Shown: one piece after another, positions 9,647 through 18,331 of the stretch | Position numbering within the stretch: the first letter of the stretch is position 1 | Layout of the letters: each line of letters starts with the position of its first letter | IMG/VR virus record: IMGVR_UViG_3300042271_000539 | Coordinates: 1-64,000 of that record | Direction: 5' to 3' (one strand) | Source of the DNA: a virus | Lineage: Duplodnaviria > Caudoviricetes | DNA: 64,000 nucleotides | The notes under the pieces: model-generated | Told to the model about the DNA's origin: nothing | Databases searched by the model: none | What the model saw: only the letters and a program-made list of their open reading frames with translations | Position numbers and translations under genes: made by a program

Positions 9647-10834
9647 ATGGATTACATAGAGTTTATAAGTTCAGAGCAATCGTGGTTAGACTTCTTAGAC
9701 TATGAGGAGTCTAAAGGAGATTACAAAGACACAAAGCTAATAGAAACAATCACTAAAATATTAGCACATAAGGCTTATATCAAGTTTAATCAACAATATC
9801 TTAGCGATTTTAAATTACCAATAAAAAGAGAATTAAAGAAACACAATACCAAAAAGACTAGAACTGTTTATGTATATACGGGCTATGGCATGGCTTTACT
9901 AAAACTAACAGCTTTCTATATTCTCCAAAAGTACAATGATAAGTTTTGTGAGAATTCTATAGCCTATACAAGAGGCAGATCCGTAAAGACAGCATTTACT
10001 TTATTAAAGTCTTATAAATTAAAACCGAATGACACAGTCTATAAGAATGATTTTACAGATTACTTTAATTCAATTCGTGTAGACAGACTAGAAGATAAAG
10101 TAAGGATTTTTCTAGAGGACGACCAAGAGCTGTGTGACTTTATCATCCAAATTCTTAAAGAACCCAGAGTAAAATCTAGAGGCGCTATTATTGAGGTACC
10201 TACTAAAGGGGTTATGGCAGGCTCCCCCATATCAGGAATTCTTGCAAACATCTACATGGATGATATAGACAAGCAGATGTTAACTAAAGGTTACAAATAT
10301 ATCCGCTATGCTGATGACACTCTTATTGTAGGAGAAGAGGCATTAGAGTACTTTAAGTCACAGATAAAACTTCTAGATATAAAACTCAACCCTAAAAAAG
10401 AAGAAATCATGAACATAAGAGATGGCATTGACTTCCTGGGCTTTACTTTTAAGAGGGGTACTATAGACATCTCTGAAAAAGCTAAAGACAAAATGAAGTC
10501 TAGACTAAAGCGCAGAGCCAAGTGGTATAGACAGTGGATGCTAAAAAGAAATGTAAAAAAGGAAGTAGCTATAAGAGATTATATTAAGAAGATAAACTAT
10601 AAACTGTTTTCTGACCAAGACGACTCTATTAACTGGTCCAGATGGTATTTACCAAACATAAATACTAAAAAGACACTGAAGTATCTAGACAATTATTTTG
10701 TTGACTGTATCAGATATTTAGATAGTGGCACATGGACAAAAGGTAAGAGTTTTTATAGACTTTCTTATAAAGACATCAAAAAACTAGGTTTCAGAAGCTT
10801 AGTTAATGAATATTATAAGAGAAGTGTGTGGTAA
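9647..10834 (+). CDS. Reverse transcriptase (stand-alone, non-DGR, non-canonical-retron class)
   Basis: RT motifs: KNDFTDYFNSI (motif 3), GVMAGSPISGILANIYM (motif 4), YIRYADD (catalytic), FLGFTF (motif 7); RBS GAGGAG. Confidence 0.92.
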   Translation: MDYIEFISSEQSWLDFLDYEESKGDYKDTKLIETITKILAHKAYIKFNQQYLSDFKLPIKRELKKHNTKKTRTVYVYTGYGMALLKLTAFYILQKYNDKFCENSIAYTRGRSVKTAFTLLKSYKLKPNDTVYKNDFTDYFNSIRVDRLEDKVRIFLEDDQELCDFIIQILKEPRVKSRGAIIEVPTKGVMAGSPISGILANIYMDDIDKQMLTKGYKYIRYADDTLIVGEEALEYFKSQIKLLDIKLNPKKEEIMNIRDGIDFLGFTFKRGTIDISEKAKDKMKSRLKRRAKWYRQWMLKRNVKKEVAIRDYIKKINYKLFSDQDDSINWSRWYLPNINTKKTLKYLDNYFVDCIRYLDSGTWTKGKSFYRLSYKDIKKLGFRSLVNEYYKRSVW

Positions 10835-10844
10835 CCTAAGGAGC

Positions 10845-10885
10845 AACACACACTCATACTATATAATATAGTGTAAGGGTATATA
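10845..10885 (+). promoter_or_regulatory. Promoter-like block with TATAATATAG (-10, no canonical -35) upstream of RT-associated ncRNA
   Basis: TATAAT at 10862-10867; 41-bp block identical to 43777-43817. Confidence 0.6.
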
Positions 10886-11081
10886 ACATAGTACTAGTAT
10901 TTACTAGACTATTTAGGTAAGTCAACAGTCCTATAGACTCCAAAGCGTTCCTAAGCGCCTATAGAGACAATTGACAAATACAATAGGAGAGGAAGCTTTC
11001 ACTTCCGTTAGCTGTCCTCTCAGATCGGGACGATGCTCCTGTGTCGATCAGCGTCCCGATCTCAGTCAACAACTTATATAC
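10873..11081 (+). ncRNA. RT-associated structured ncRNA, copy 1
   Basis: Closing stem GTATATAA/TTATATAC (10879-86/11074-81); hairpins 10888-10912, 10921-10975, 10987-11021, 11022-11062; 66-nt block 10912-10977 identical to 43835-43900. Confidence 0.8.
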
Positions 11082-11117
11082 TAAAGAAATAAAAATTACA
11101 AGAGAAAGAGGTAAAAC

Positions 11118-11342
11118 ATGGAGAATATTAAACAGGCCAGAGGTGTAGTAAAAAGTTTTAATCCTATAAAAGGATACGGCTTTATATCTTGCACTGAATC
11201 TCTTGATGAAGATATCTATGTCCACTTCTCTCAAATTCTTATGGATGGCAAGAAAACTTTAAACGTTGGTGACGAAGTTGAGTTCCTGTACAAAGAGTTT
11301 GAGGACAGAGGTCTTAGAGCGTATCAAGTTAGAAAGATTTAA
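11118..11342 (+). CDS. csp: Cold-shock domain protein
   Basis: [15 protein letters not shown] (RNP1) and DIYVHFSQI (RNP2) motifs, 74 aa. Confidence 0.9.
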   Translation: MENIKQARGVVKSFNPIKGYGFISCTESLDEDIYVHFSQILMDGKKTLNVGDEVEFLYKEFEDRGLRAYQVRKI

Positions 11343-11367
11343 AGAATAATTTGAAAGGTGGTATTTT

Positions 11368-11595
11368 ATGGACCACATATATATCTACTATGTAGATGAT
11401 TATGAAAAAACCGTGTCCTTTGAGGTACAGCCATATCCTATCTATGAGAATAGTTATCACGATGAGCTAGACTTTGAAAGTTTCCAGGAATTTATTACGG
11501 AGTACGCTGAGAATGCTTATGCCTATAGAGTTCATATAGACAGAGAAGATCAGGACAAGCTCGATAACTATTTTGGTTATGACATATTACACTGA
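11368..11595 (+). CDS. Hypothetical acidic protein
   Basis: 75-aa ORF, RBS AAAGGTGG. Confidence 0.55.
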   Translation: MDHIYIYYVDDYEKTVSFEVQPYPIYENSYHDELDFESFQEFITEYAENAYAYRVHIDREDQDKLDNYFGYDILH

Positions 11596-11603
11596 GGTAT
11601 TTT

Positions 11604-11993
11604 ATGCCTAACTTTAAAGACAACATTTACGAAGGTCAGTGGGTCGTCGAGTATATAGAAGAGATAACTCCATTTGAAGATGACATCCCTGAGCGCTGGC
11701 TCAATACATTAGTTAGACCAAACACCTTTGAGCTTAAGAGTATAGACATTAATGAGGTACTGAATGATCCATCTTTCAAGGACTTTTTTGACTTTTACTC
11801 ACCACGATATAAGTACTCAGAATTTGATGGGTTTTATGTTGATGCAGACTATAACCCAGTCGACTTTGTATCTGAGGAGACACTATACTCTCCAATAGTT
11901 ATAGTTGATGGTAGTATCATTGACGGCTACTCGAGAGCAGCAGAATTACTTCTAGCTGGTGCAAGTACCATTGAGGCTTTTGTTAACATTTAG
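11604..11993 (+). CDS. ParB/sulfiredoxin-like small protein (paralog of 4093-4500)
   Basis: YSPRY..SEFDGFY...PIVIVDGSIIDGYSR aligns with 4093 ORF. Confidence 0.45.
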   Translation: MPNFKDNIYEGQWVVEYIEEITPFEDDIPERWLNTLVRPNTFELKSIDINEVLNDPSFKDFFDFYSPRYKYSEFDGFYVDADYNPVDFVSEETLYSPIVIVDGSIIDGYSRAAELLLAGASTIEAFVNI

Positions 11994-12033
11994 GGTGATT
12001 CTAACTTAGCACTATGCAAATAGAGGTGAAAAT

Positions 12034-12285
12034 ATGAAGGGTGGCTTAGCAGATAAAATGTCTATAGAGGACATTGCTAAAAAACACAACATACCAGTTG
12101 AAACTATTATTGAACAAGTAGAGATTGGTTATGAAATAGAATTTGAACACACAGATGACGGGTCTATCGCTTTAGAAATAGCTTTAGACCACTTAGTCGA
12201 AATTCCTGATTACTATACAAGACTAGTAAAAATGGAAGAAGAGGCTAAAGAAAATTTAAGGGAACAGGAGAATGATTATGAGTAA
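12034..12285 (+). CDS. DUF5661-like small phage protein
   Basis: KGGLAD..., EIEFEHTDD...EIALDHL.E.PDYYTRL pattern. Confidence 0.6.
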   Translation: MKGGLADKMSIEDIAKKHNIPVETIIEQVEIGYEIEFEHTDDGSIALEIALDHLVEIPDYYTRLVKMEEEAKENLREQENDYE

Positions 12286-13993
12286 AAAACTAATCAAGAA
12301 TAGACAGTTTAACGTTGGTATTGTTGAATCATACAAAGCTAAATCAGAGGACAAGGGGCACGGAATTGACAGCCCAATCCTAGGAGAATTTTTTGTTAAG
12401 GGTATGACTGTAGAGAATACTATAAGTCAAAATAGAACTAAGTATCCTACTGAGGCATGGTCTCAGAGAAACGCTTTTGGTTCTGGAGGAAAATTCCTCG
12501 ATGAGAGTGGTAAGCTAAAACCTGCGACCTTATTTGGAAGCGTAGACCACCCTACAGATGACAGAGCAGAGCTTTTACTATCTGAAGCAGCTATTGCTTG
12601 GTATGATGTTAAAAGAAACGATGATGGATCTTGGGATGGTAAAGCTGATGTTTTAAACAATCCACAAGGTAAAATTGTCAAGACTTTCTTAGAGTATGCT
12701 AAAGAGCGTGGGGGTTCTGGTTTACTTGGCGTATCTTCTAGAGCTTTAGGAGAAACAAGACTAGAGGAATCATCTGAAGGTCAATATGAGTCTATTGTTC
12801 CTGAGAGTTTTGAACTAATGTCATTTGACTTCGTTTACAATCCATCTTTCCAAACAGCAACAGCCGTTTTAAACGAGTCAGCTAAGGGTGGAAGAAAAAC
12901 TTTAACTGAGTCAATCAAAGCCTTAGCTAAAGAAGATGAAGAGCACGCTGATGTCTACAATAAAGTTATTGAAGATTTAGAACAAAGATCCAAAGAAAAG
13001 TCTACTAAAAAAGAAAGCAAGACTGTAGACCAAGCTAAGAAAGAATATTATAAAACTTTAAGGGCTAAAGAGAAAGACTTATACAATGCGCTATATGACT
13101 TAGAAGAAATGTCTGAAGAAGACTTCAAGAAAGAATACGGACAAGTCGACAAAGCTAAAGTAGAAAAGAATATGAAAGCTGAGTACGAAGAAGTCTTAGC
13201 AGAAATTCAAAAGCTAAAAGAACCTAAAGTTGAAAATAGAAAAGAGGACAACATGCCTAAAGAAAAAATAAATGAAAAGACAGTTATAGAAGCTAAAATG
13301 TATAATATTGAATTACCTAAAGATAAGGCTAAGAAATTAGCTCAAGCTTTAAAGGATGAGAACATTTACTATGAACCATCAAGTGCTGGTGACTTAATTC
13401 ATTTTGAAATTAAATGTGATGAAACTCAAAAAGAAGCTATCGAAAAATTCTTACAGACTATTAGCGAATCTGTAGAAATCATTAAAGAATCTACTTACGT
13501 AATCAATGAAGAGAATAAAACCATAGGTGACTTCGTTGATGAAGCCAAAGAAAAAGAAAAAGACTTGTTTGGTGAAGAAGACGAAGACTCTGACGAAGAC
13601 TCTGAGGGTGAAGAAGACGACGAAGACCTTGAAGAACTAGAAGCTGAAGAAGACTCTGAGGAAGACGAAGACCTTGATGGTGAAGAAGAGGAAGACCTTG
13701 AAGAAGAGGAAGAACTATCAGTCGAAGATCAAATCAAAGAACTGAGAGACCTAGTACAACAATTAGTCGACTTCTTAATGCCTGTAGAAGATCCTGAAGC
13801 AGAACTTCTAGATGATGACTTAGAGGGTGAACTATCTGAGGAAGAAGATGACTTAGAATTAGAAGATTCCGAAGGCGAAGAAGACTCTGAAGAAGACGGT
13901 GAACTTCTTGGTCTAGAAGAACTTACCGATGAGGACCTTGACGATTTAACTGATGAGGAACTAGAAGCACTTCTAGATAACATAGAGGACTAA
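12272..13993 (+). CDS. Prohead protease (T4 gp21-like) fused to acidic scaffold/core domain
   Basis: QNRTKYP, GSVDHP, GVSSRALG, FDFVYNPS motifs; D/E-rich C-terminal third; shortly upstream of MCP. Confidence 0.8.
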   Translation: MIMSKKLIKNRQFNVGIVESYKAKSEDKGHGIDSPILGEFFVKGMTVENTISQNRTKYPTEAWSQRNAFGSGGKFLDESGKLKPATLFGSVDHPTDDRAELLLSEAAIAWYDVKRNDDGSWDGKADVLNNPQGKIVKTFLEYAKERGGSGLLGVSSRALGETRLEESSEGQYESIVPESFELMSFDFVYNPSFQTATAVLNESAKGGRKTLTESIKALAKEDEEHADVYNKVIEDLEQRSKEKSTKKESKTVDQAKKEYYKTLRAKEKDLYNALYDLEEMSEEDFKKEYGQVDKAKVEKNMKAEYEEVLAEIQKLKEPKVENRKEDNMPKEKINEKTVIEAKMYNIELPKDKAKKLAQALKDENIYYEPSSAGDLIHFEIKCDETQKEAIEKFLQTISESVEIIKESTYVINEENKTIGDFVDEAKEKEKDLFGEEDEDSDEDSEGEEDDEDLEELEAEEDSEEDEDLDGEEEEDLEEEEELSVEDQIKELRDLVQQLVDFLMPVEDPEAELLDDDLEGELSEEEDDLELEDSEGEEDSEEDGELLGLEELTDEDLDDLTDEELEALLDNIED

Positions 13994-13998
13994 CACAC

Positions 13999-14808
13999 AT
14001 GACAAAAGAACAACAAAAGGAATTCTTTGACTTATACGAGACAAGCGAACGAGAAGCTTTAAAGTATTTAAGAAAACAAAGATTAGTACCTGACGAACTT
14101 AATGACCTATACAAAAAAGTCCTAAGATATAATTCTATCTATGAACGTGAGGGTTTTGTATCAGAAGATGACTTTGACGCATACTTAGAAGCCAAGATAG
14201 ACCTTTTCACAGCTTTGGGCATAGAAGACCCAGTATTAAGAGAAAACACTCACCAAGAGGCTAAAATTGTACTCAAAGAAGCTCTATCTGAAGATGTTAA
14301 TATCTATAGCCTATTCACTTATTGGAGTGTTCCAATAGATGATGTAGCGAAAGAGTACCAAGATGAGTACAGAGAGAACTATGAAGACGAGATTGCTGAG
14401 TATGATCATATAGTAGTGACAGAAGATATGATTGAAGATTTTTCTTCCGCAGACTTTATGAGCTTTGAAAGAGATGAGTTTTTATACTATGTAACAGACG
14501 AGCTTTTACCTGGGGACTATTATGGTTACCTAGCATTCATGTACAAGGCTAACTGGAGAGGTTCTTCAGCATATACTTTAACTGAAGATATTGAAAGAGC
14601 AGTATTCTTTGATCATGATGCAAGTCTTTACTATCAATCTAAAGGTCCTGGTTATGTCAAGCTTACTTATGCTAGTCATGACGTACCTACAGGTTCTGAC
14701 TATTACATCATAGGATTGGACAGAGACACCTATGAGACCTTAGAAGAACTTGACTTTAATGAAGTCAAGGACTTCGTTAGCACTTTAGATTTATTTCCAG
14801 AAGAGTAA
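13999..14808 (+). CDS. Hypothetical acidic protein in head module
   Basis: 269-aa ORF between protease and MCP. Confidence 0.55.
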   Translation: MTKEQQKEFFDLYETSEREALKYLRKQRLVPDELNDLYKKVLRYNSIYEREGFVSEDDFDAYLEAKIDLFTALGIEDPVLRENTHQEAKIVLKEALSEDVNIYSLFTYWSVPIDDVAKEYQDEYRENYEDEIAEYDHIVVTEDMIEDFSSADFMSFERDEFLYYVTDELLPGDYYGYLAFMYKANWRGSSAYTLTEDIERAVFFDHDASLYYQSKGPGYVKLTYASHDVPTGSDYYIIGLDRDTYETLEELDFNEVKDFVSTLDLFPEE

Positions 14809-14820
14809 TTAAACTAAACA

Positions 14821-14854
14821 AACCCTTAAACAAACAGGGTTACATATAATATAG
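14821..14854 (+). promoter_or_regulatory. Hairpin + TATAATATAG promoter-like element upstream of MCP
   Basis: AACCCT/AGGGTT inverted repeat 14821-14841 then TATAATATAG 14845-14854; no -35. Confidence 0.45.
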
Positions 14855-14914
14855 TTTTTCAGTTATAGGCAGAGTTAAGAGTTACTAAAAATAAAAACAA
14901 GGAGAAAAACTATT

Positions 14915-16594
14915 ATGACAAAACAAGAACTTCTAAAGAAAATAGCTGAACGTAAAAAAGAAAGAGAACGTCAAGCTGTACTAGAAGCTGCTAGACAAAG
15001 AGTTAAAAAACCTGTATACTCTAAGAAACTTAACGAAAATGTTGAAGGATCTAAAGTATTAAGAGAAAGAACTCTTGCTAGAAAACCTAATGAACCTCGT
15101 ACTATTAATGAGGCAATCGCACAAAGAATTGAACCTTTCAAATCAGACGCTCAAAAACACTTATACAAAACACTATCTGAGAATATGGTTCAAGCCGTAA
15201 AAGTACTTACTGAAGCAACACAAGCTGGTCCTGCTGTATCTAGCGTAACTGGACAAGGCGCTGGTGTTGGTTTAATGAAGACATACTTTGACATTTTCTT
15301 CGGTTATTTCCCTAACTTAATTGTTCCTGAAATTGCATCAACACAACCGATCAAAACTGAAAAAGCTATGATTTTCTACTACAATACTATTGCGGGAACT
15401 GACAAAGGTAACGTTGAAGCTGGAGACGCTTTAATCACACCTTTCAAAATCAGCACTGATAAGAACTACACATCTTACTTAACAAACTTACCTGCTATCG
15501 GTACTGACACATTAACTTATGACACAGACCACAATGAATATGATTCAGGATCTAAAACTTTATGGGCACCACTTGTTGCTAGATCTGTTAAAATCAAAAA
15601 CGCTGTATTAACATGGTCTACTGACACAGCATTCACAGGTGTTTATACAGAAGCTGATGGAACTGAAATCGCAATTACTAATGGTGTTGTTACTGCTGAT
15701 GCTACATCTATTCAAGTAACATTTGACATTGCTAAGGACGTAAACGGTTGGAACCCTGCATTAGAAATTACTTATTCATATGACAACAAATATGCACCAA
15801 CTGAAGTTCCTGAATTAAATGCTGATATCGACTCAAGAGAAATTACTGCTATGGCAAGAACAGTTAAAACTAACTATTCATTCCAAGCTGGTTTCGGTTT
15901 CGAAGCGCAATTCGGTGTTAAACTTGAAGACAAATTAGCTGAGTCTGCTATGTACGAACTTAAACGTGAGACTGACTTAGACTTCGTATTTGAAATTATG
16001 AACTCTGCACCTGTCCAAGTAATTTGGAACAGAGCTGGTGGAGTAGCTAATGGTCTTTACGAATTCCATAAACAATCATTTAGAGATGCTATCGTTGGAG
16101 CTTCTAACTACATCTTCAAAGTTTCTAAACGTGTACGTGGTAACGTATTACTAGTTGGTGTTAACGCACAAACTATCGTTGAGACTCTACAAGATTTCAA
16201 AGGTTCTGACTTCGGATCTCAAATTGGTGGGCCTTCTGTAATTGGTAAACTTAAAGACATCAAAGTTATCGCTGTTCCTGACTTAGGAGAAGATGACTGG
16301 GCTGTTATCTACAAAAATGATAAAGACAACTTAGACGCTGGTATCGTATTCGCACCTTACATCCCTGTAGTTGCTACACAACCAGTAACTCTAGACGACT
16401 TACTAATCCGTAGAGCTTACACAATGTCTTATGGTAAATTAGTTACTAATGCTGACTACTTTGTAAAAGGTAGAATCATCAATGACCCTATGGCACAACC
16501 TGTTTACTTAATTTCTAAAGAAGGTACAGAATCTACTCTTGGTGTTATCGGTACTGACGCTGCTTTAGCTACAGCACCTGCATTCCCTAGCTAA
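14915..16594 (+). CDS. Major capsid protein (T4 gp23-like)
   Basis: IASTQPIKTEKAMIFY, AMARTVKTNYS, KRETDLDF, GIVFAPYIP, YGKLV motifs of gp23-type capsids; charged N-terminal propeptide. Confidence 0.88.
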   Translation: MTKQELLKKIAERKKERERQAVLEAARQRVKKPVYSKKLNENVEGSKVLRERTLARKPNEPRTINEAIAQRIEPFKSDAQKHLYKTLSENMVQAVKVLTEATQAGPAVSSVTGQGAGVGLMKTYFDIFFGYFPNLIVPEIASTQPIKTEKAMIFYYNTIAGTDKGNVEAGDALITPFKISTDKNYTSYLTNLPAIGTDTLTYDTDHNEYDSGSKTLWAPLVARSVKIKNAVLTWSTDTAFTGVYTEADGTEIAITNGVVTADATSIQVTFDIAKDVNGWNPALEITYSYDNKYAPTEVPELNADIDSREITAMARTVKTNYSFQAGFGFEAQFGVKLEDKLAESAMYELKRETDLDFVFEIMNSAPVQVIWNRAGGVANGLYEFHKQSFRDAIVGASNYIFKVSKRVRGNVLLVGVNAQTIVETLQDFKGSDFGSQIGGPSVIGKLKDIKVIAVPDLGEDDWAVIYKNDKDNLDAGIVFAPYIPVVATQPVTLDDLLIRRAYTMSYGKLVTNADYFVKGRIINDPMAQPVYLISKEGTESTLGVIGTDAALATAPAFPS

Positions 16595-16650
16595 TCTGAT
16601 ACTGACTTAAGATATTACTAGAATAACTTTATAGAATAATTGAGGTACAT

Positions 16651-16689
16651 CTTTGGGGTATCTATTAAGGTACCCCAAGGCTTACCTTT
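16651..16689 (+). terminator. Putative intrinsic terminator after MCP
   Basis: 12-bp stem CTTTGGGGTATC/GGTACCCCAAGG followed by pyrimidine-rich tract. Confidence 0.55.
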
Positions 16690-16696
16690 AATTATC

Positions 16697-16744
16697 TATT
16701 TAGATATCTAAATATGAGCATAGTTTTATGTTTAGATATCTAAA
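16697..16744. promoter_or_regulatory. Two palindromic TTTAGATATCTAAA operator-like sites
   Basis: 18-bp perfect palindrome 16697-16714 and 14-bp palindrome 16731-16744, centres 32 bp apart. Confidence 0.55.
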
Positions 16745-16767
16745 TATTAAAGAAAGGACTTTACTAT

Positions 16768-17772
16768 ATGAATGATCTTGTGTCTCTATTTGTTATGATG
16801 CCAGAGACTGCTCAAATTATTGATATTATAAACGGAGATGAACAAGACTTTATTTCTGACTACTTAGAGACTATTAATAAAATTGGCGAAGATGAAGATG
16901 ACTACATCCTGTGCAATTCAAATGCTTTAGGTAATTTCTCTTTAAGAAAAACTATTGACTCTGGTATGAAACTCATCGAGTTAAAGGACTACTTATTACA
17001 AATAACAAGTCTACAAGAATTGATGGACTTTATGGTTACTAGAGCATTGTTTGAATATGAATACAATCTCTCAACATTTTTAAAATCTGTAGAGGTTTCT
17101 GAGTTCATAGCTTCACTTGAACAATACCGTGTCGTAGATGTAGACATTCTTGATGACGATGAGAAAAGAGACTTGATAGAGGATTTCGTTGATAACATGT
17201 CTTTTACTTATATGGAGAGGCAAGGTCTCTTTGATGCAGAAGCCTTTGGCGAGGATTTACTGTCTGGCCAAATCTACTCTGAGATTGAGTATATTGTAGA
17301 TTCTCATATAGATCCTCATATACTAGAGGCACTTGACATAGAATCTGATGACTTGGTAGCTGAGCTAGACGACAACAGAGATGACCTTTATGAATTTATT
17401 AATGGTGAAGAATTAAAATATAGCACTGATGAAGATGAAGATGGCGATTACTCAGCAATAGTAGAAGATTATATCAGTGCACTCTACTCAATAAGAGAAG
17501 AGATCGAGAGAATGGTAGATGACCCAGGACAATGGATTATTGATTATATAGAGTCATCTTTTGCTAAAAGCGTGGATATCTATGAACTCAGTAAACATTT
17601 CAGTGGTATATATGACTATTTCGATAAAGAGGAGACACTTGAGTGGATACAAGAAGACTTAGAGGAGCAAGGTGAAGACACTCTTTATAGACTTATTGAC
17701 CTCGTAATATATACACCCGAGTATATGTCTAATTACCGTATGCTTGATGAATGGATTAAAGTTAGTGTATAA
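16768..17772 (+). CDS. Highly acidic protein, possible ArdA-like DNA mimic
   Basis: FDAEAFGEDL resembles the ArdA IDYEAFGRDL motif; very D/E-rich. Confidence 0.35.
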   Translation: MNDLVSLFVMMPETAQIIDIINGDEQDFISDYLETINKIGEDEDDYILCNSNALGNFSLRKTIDSGMKLIELKDYLLQITSLQELMDFMVTRALFEYEYNLSTFLKSVEVSEFIASLEQYRVVDVDILDDDEKRDLIEDFVDNMSFTYMERQGLFDAEAFGEDLLSGQIYSEIEYIVDSHIDPHILEALDIESDDLVAELDDNRDDLYEFINGEELKYSTDEDEDGDYSAIVEDYISALYSIREEIERMVDDPGQWIIDYIESSFAKSVDIYELSKHFSGIYDYFDKEETLEWIQEDLEEQGEDTLYRLIDLVIYTPEYMSNYRMLDEWIKVSV

Positions 17773-17792
17773 CATAAATAAAGGAGAGCTAT

Positions 17793-18320
17793 ATGAAAGA
17801 TAAAAGAAAGACCAACAAGCTTATTAACAACCTATTCGAGACAGGGTTAGTAACAGCAGAAGAGAGAGATTTATATAGTGAAACTCTCAAAGAAATTAAA
17901 GATGAGGATTCTTTAGCAATCCTAATAGAAGATTTAGAGACAAAGGCTATCTCTAGAGGCTCTATACAAGAGGACATTGCTAGGTTAGTAAGAATCATTA
18001 TGTTTGGTGCTATAAACAAAAACATTACAGAGAGAGAAATCTTCTCTATGTTTGAGAAACCAGAAAGATTTAAGATCACAGCCATTGATATATATCAGTT
18101 TAAATACAAAGATAGCCCATATTACCATCCGATTATAACAATAGAATACCAAGATAACAAGTATTCTTTCGGTTTTAATAATCAAAAGCTCGCATTATCC
18201 TATTCAGTAAACGATGGGCCCGTTTTGTGGTTTAACTTTGCTAAGGAAAGCGAAGAGCATATTGACGAGGAGCTGGCTTATATGATAACTGATATTTTAG
18301 GAATAGACGTTTTTGCCTAA
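17793..18320 (+). CDS. Hypothetical protein
   Basis: 175-aa ORF, RBS AAAGGAG. Confidence 0.55.
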   Translation: MKDKRKTNKLINNLFETGLVTAEERDLYSETLKEIKDEDSLAILIEDLETKAISRGSIQEDIARLVRIIMFGAINKNITEREIFSMFEKPERFKITAIDIYQFKYKDSPYYHPIITIEYQDNKYSFGFNNQKLALSYSVNDGPVLWFNFAKESEEHIDEELAYMITDILGIDVFA

Positions 18321-18331
18321 GGGATTAGATT

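Noticed and set aside
2308-10834. Diversity-generating retroelement (RT plus repeat-rich genes as TR/VR)
   Set aside because: The RT has GSPISG rather than the DGR-type SQ motif and no Avd-like gene was recognised. Where I compared repeat cassettes, differences involve all four bases, not only adenines.
9647-10834. Group II intron or canonical retron
   Set aside because: No interrupted host gene or intron-end signature and no maturase/endonuclease extension. Retron NAxxH and VTG motifs are absent and the ncRNA is downstream of the RT.
10921-10975. IS200/IS605 or IscB omega-RNA end (GTCAA...TTGAC)
   Set aside because: No TnpA, TnpB or IscB ORF lies next to either copy; the consistent partner is the RT.
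13729-13983. Ser-rich minus-strand ORF (and other short minus-strand ORFs in the track)
   Set aside because: Reverse-complement artefacts of GAA/GAC-rich acidic coding sequence; all well-supported genes are on the + strand.
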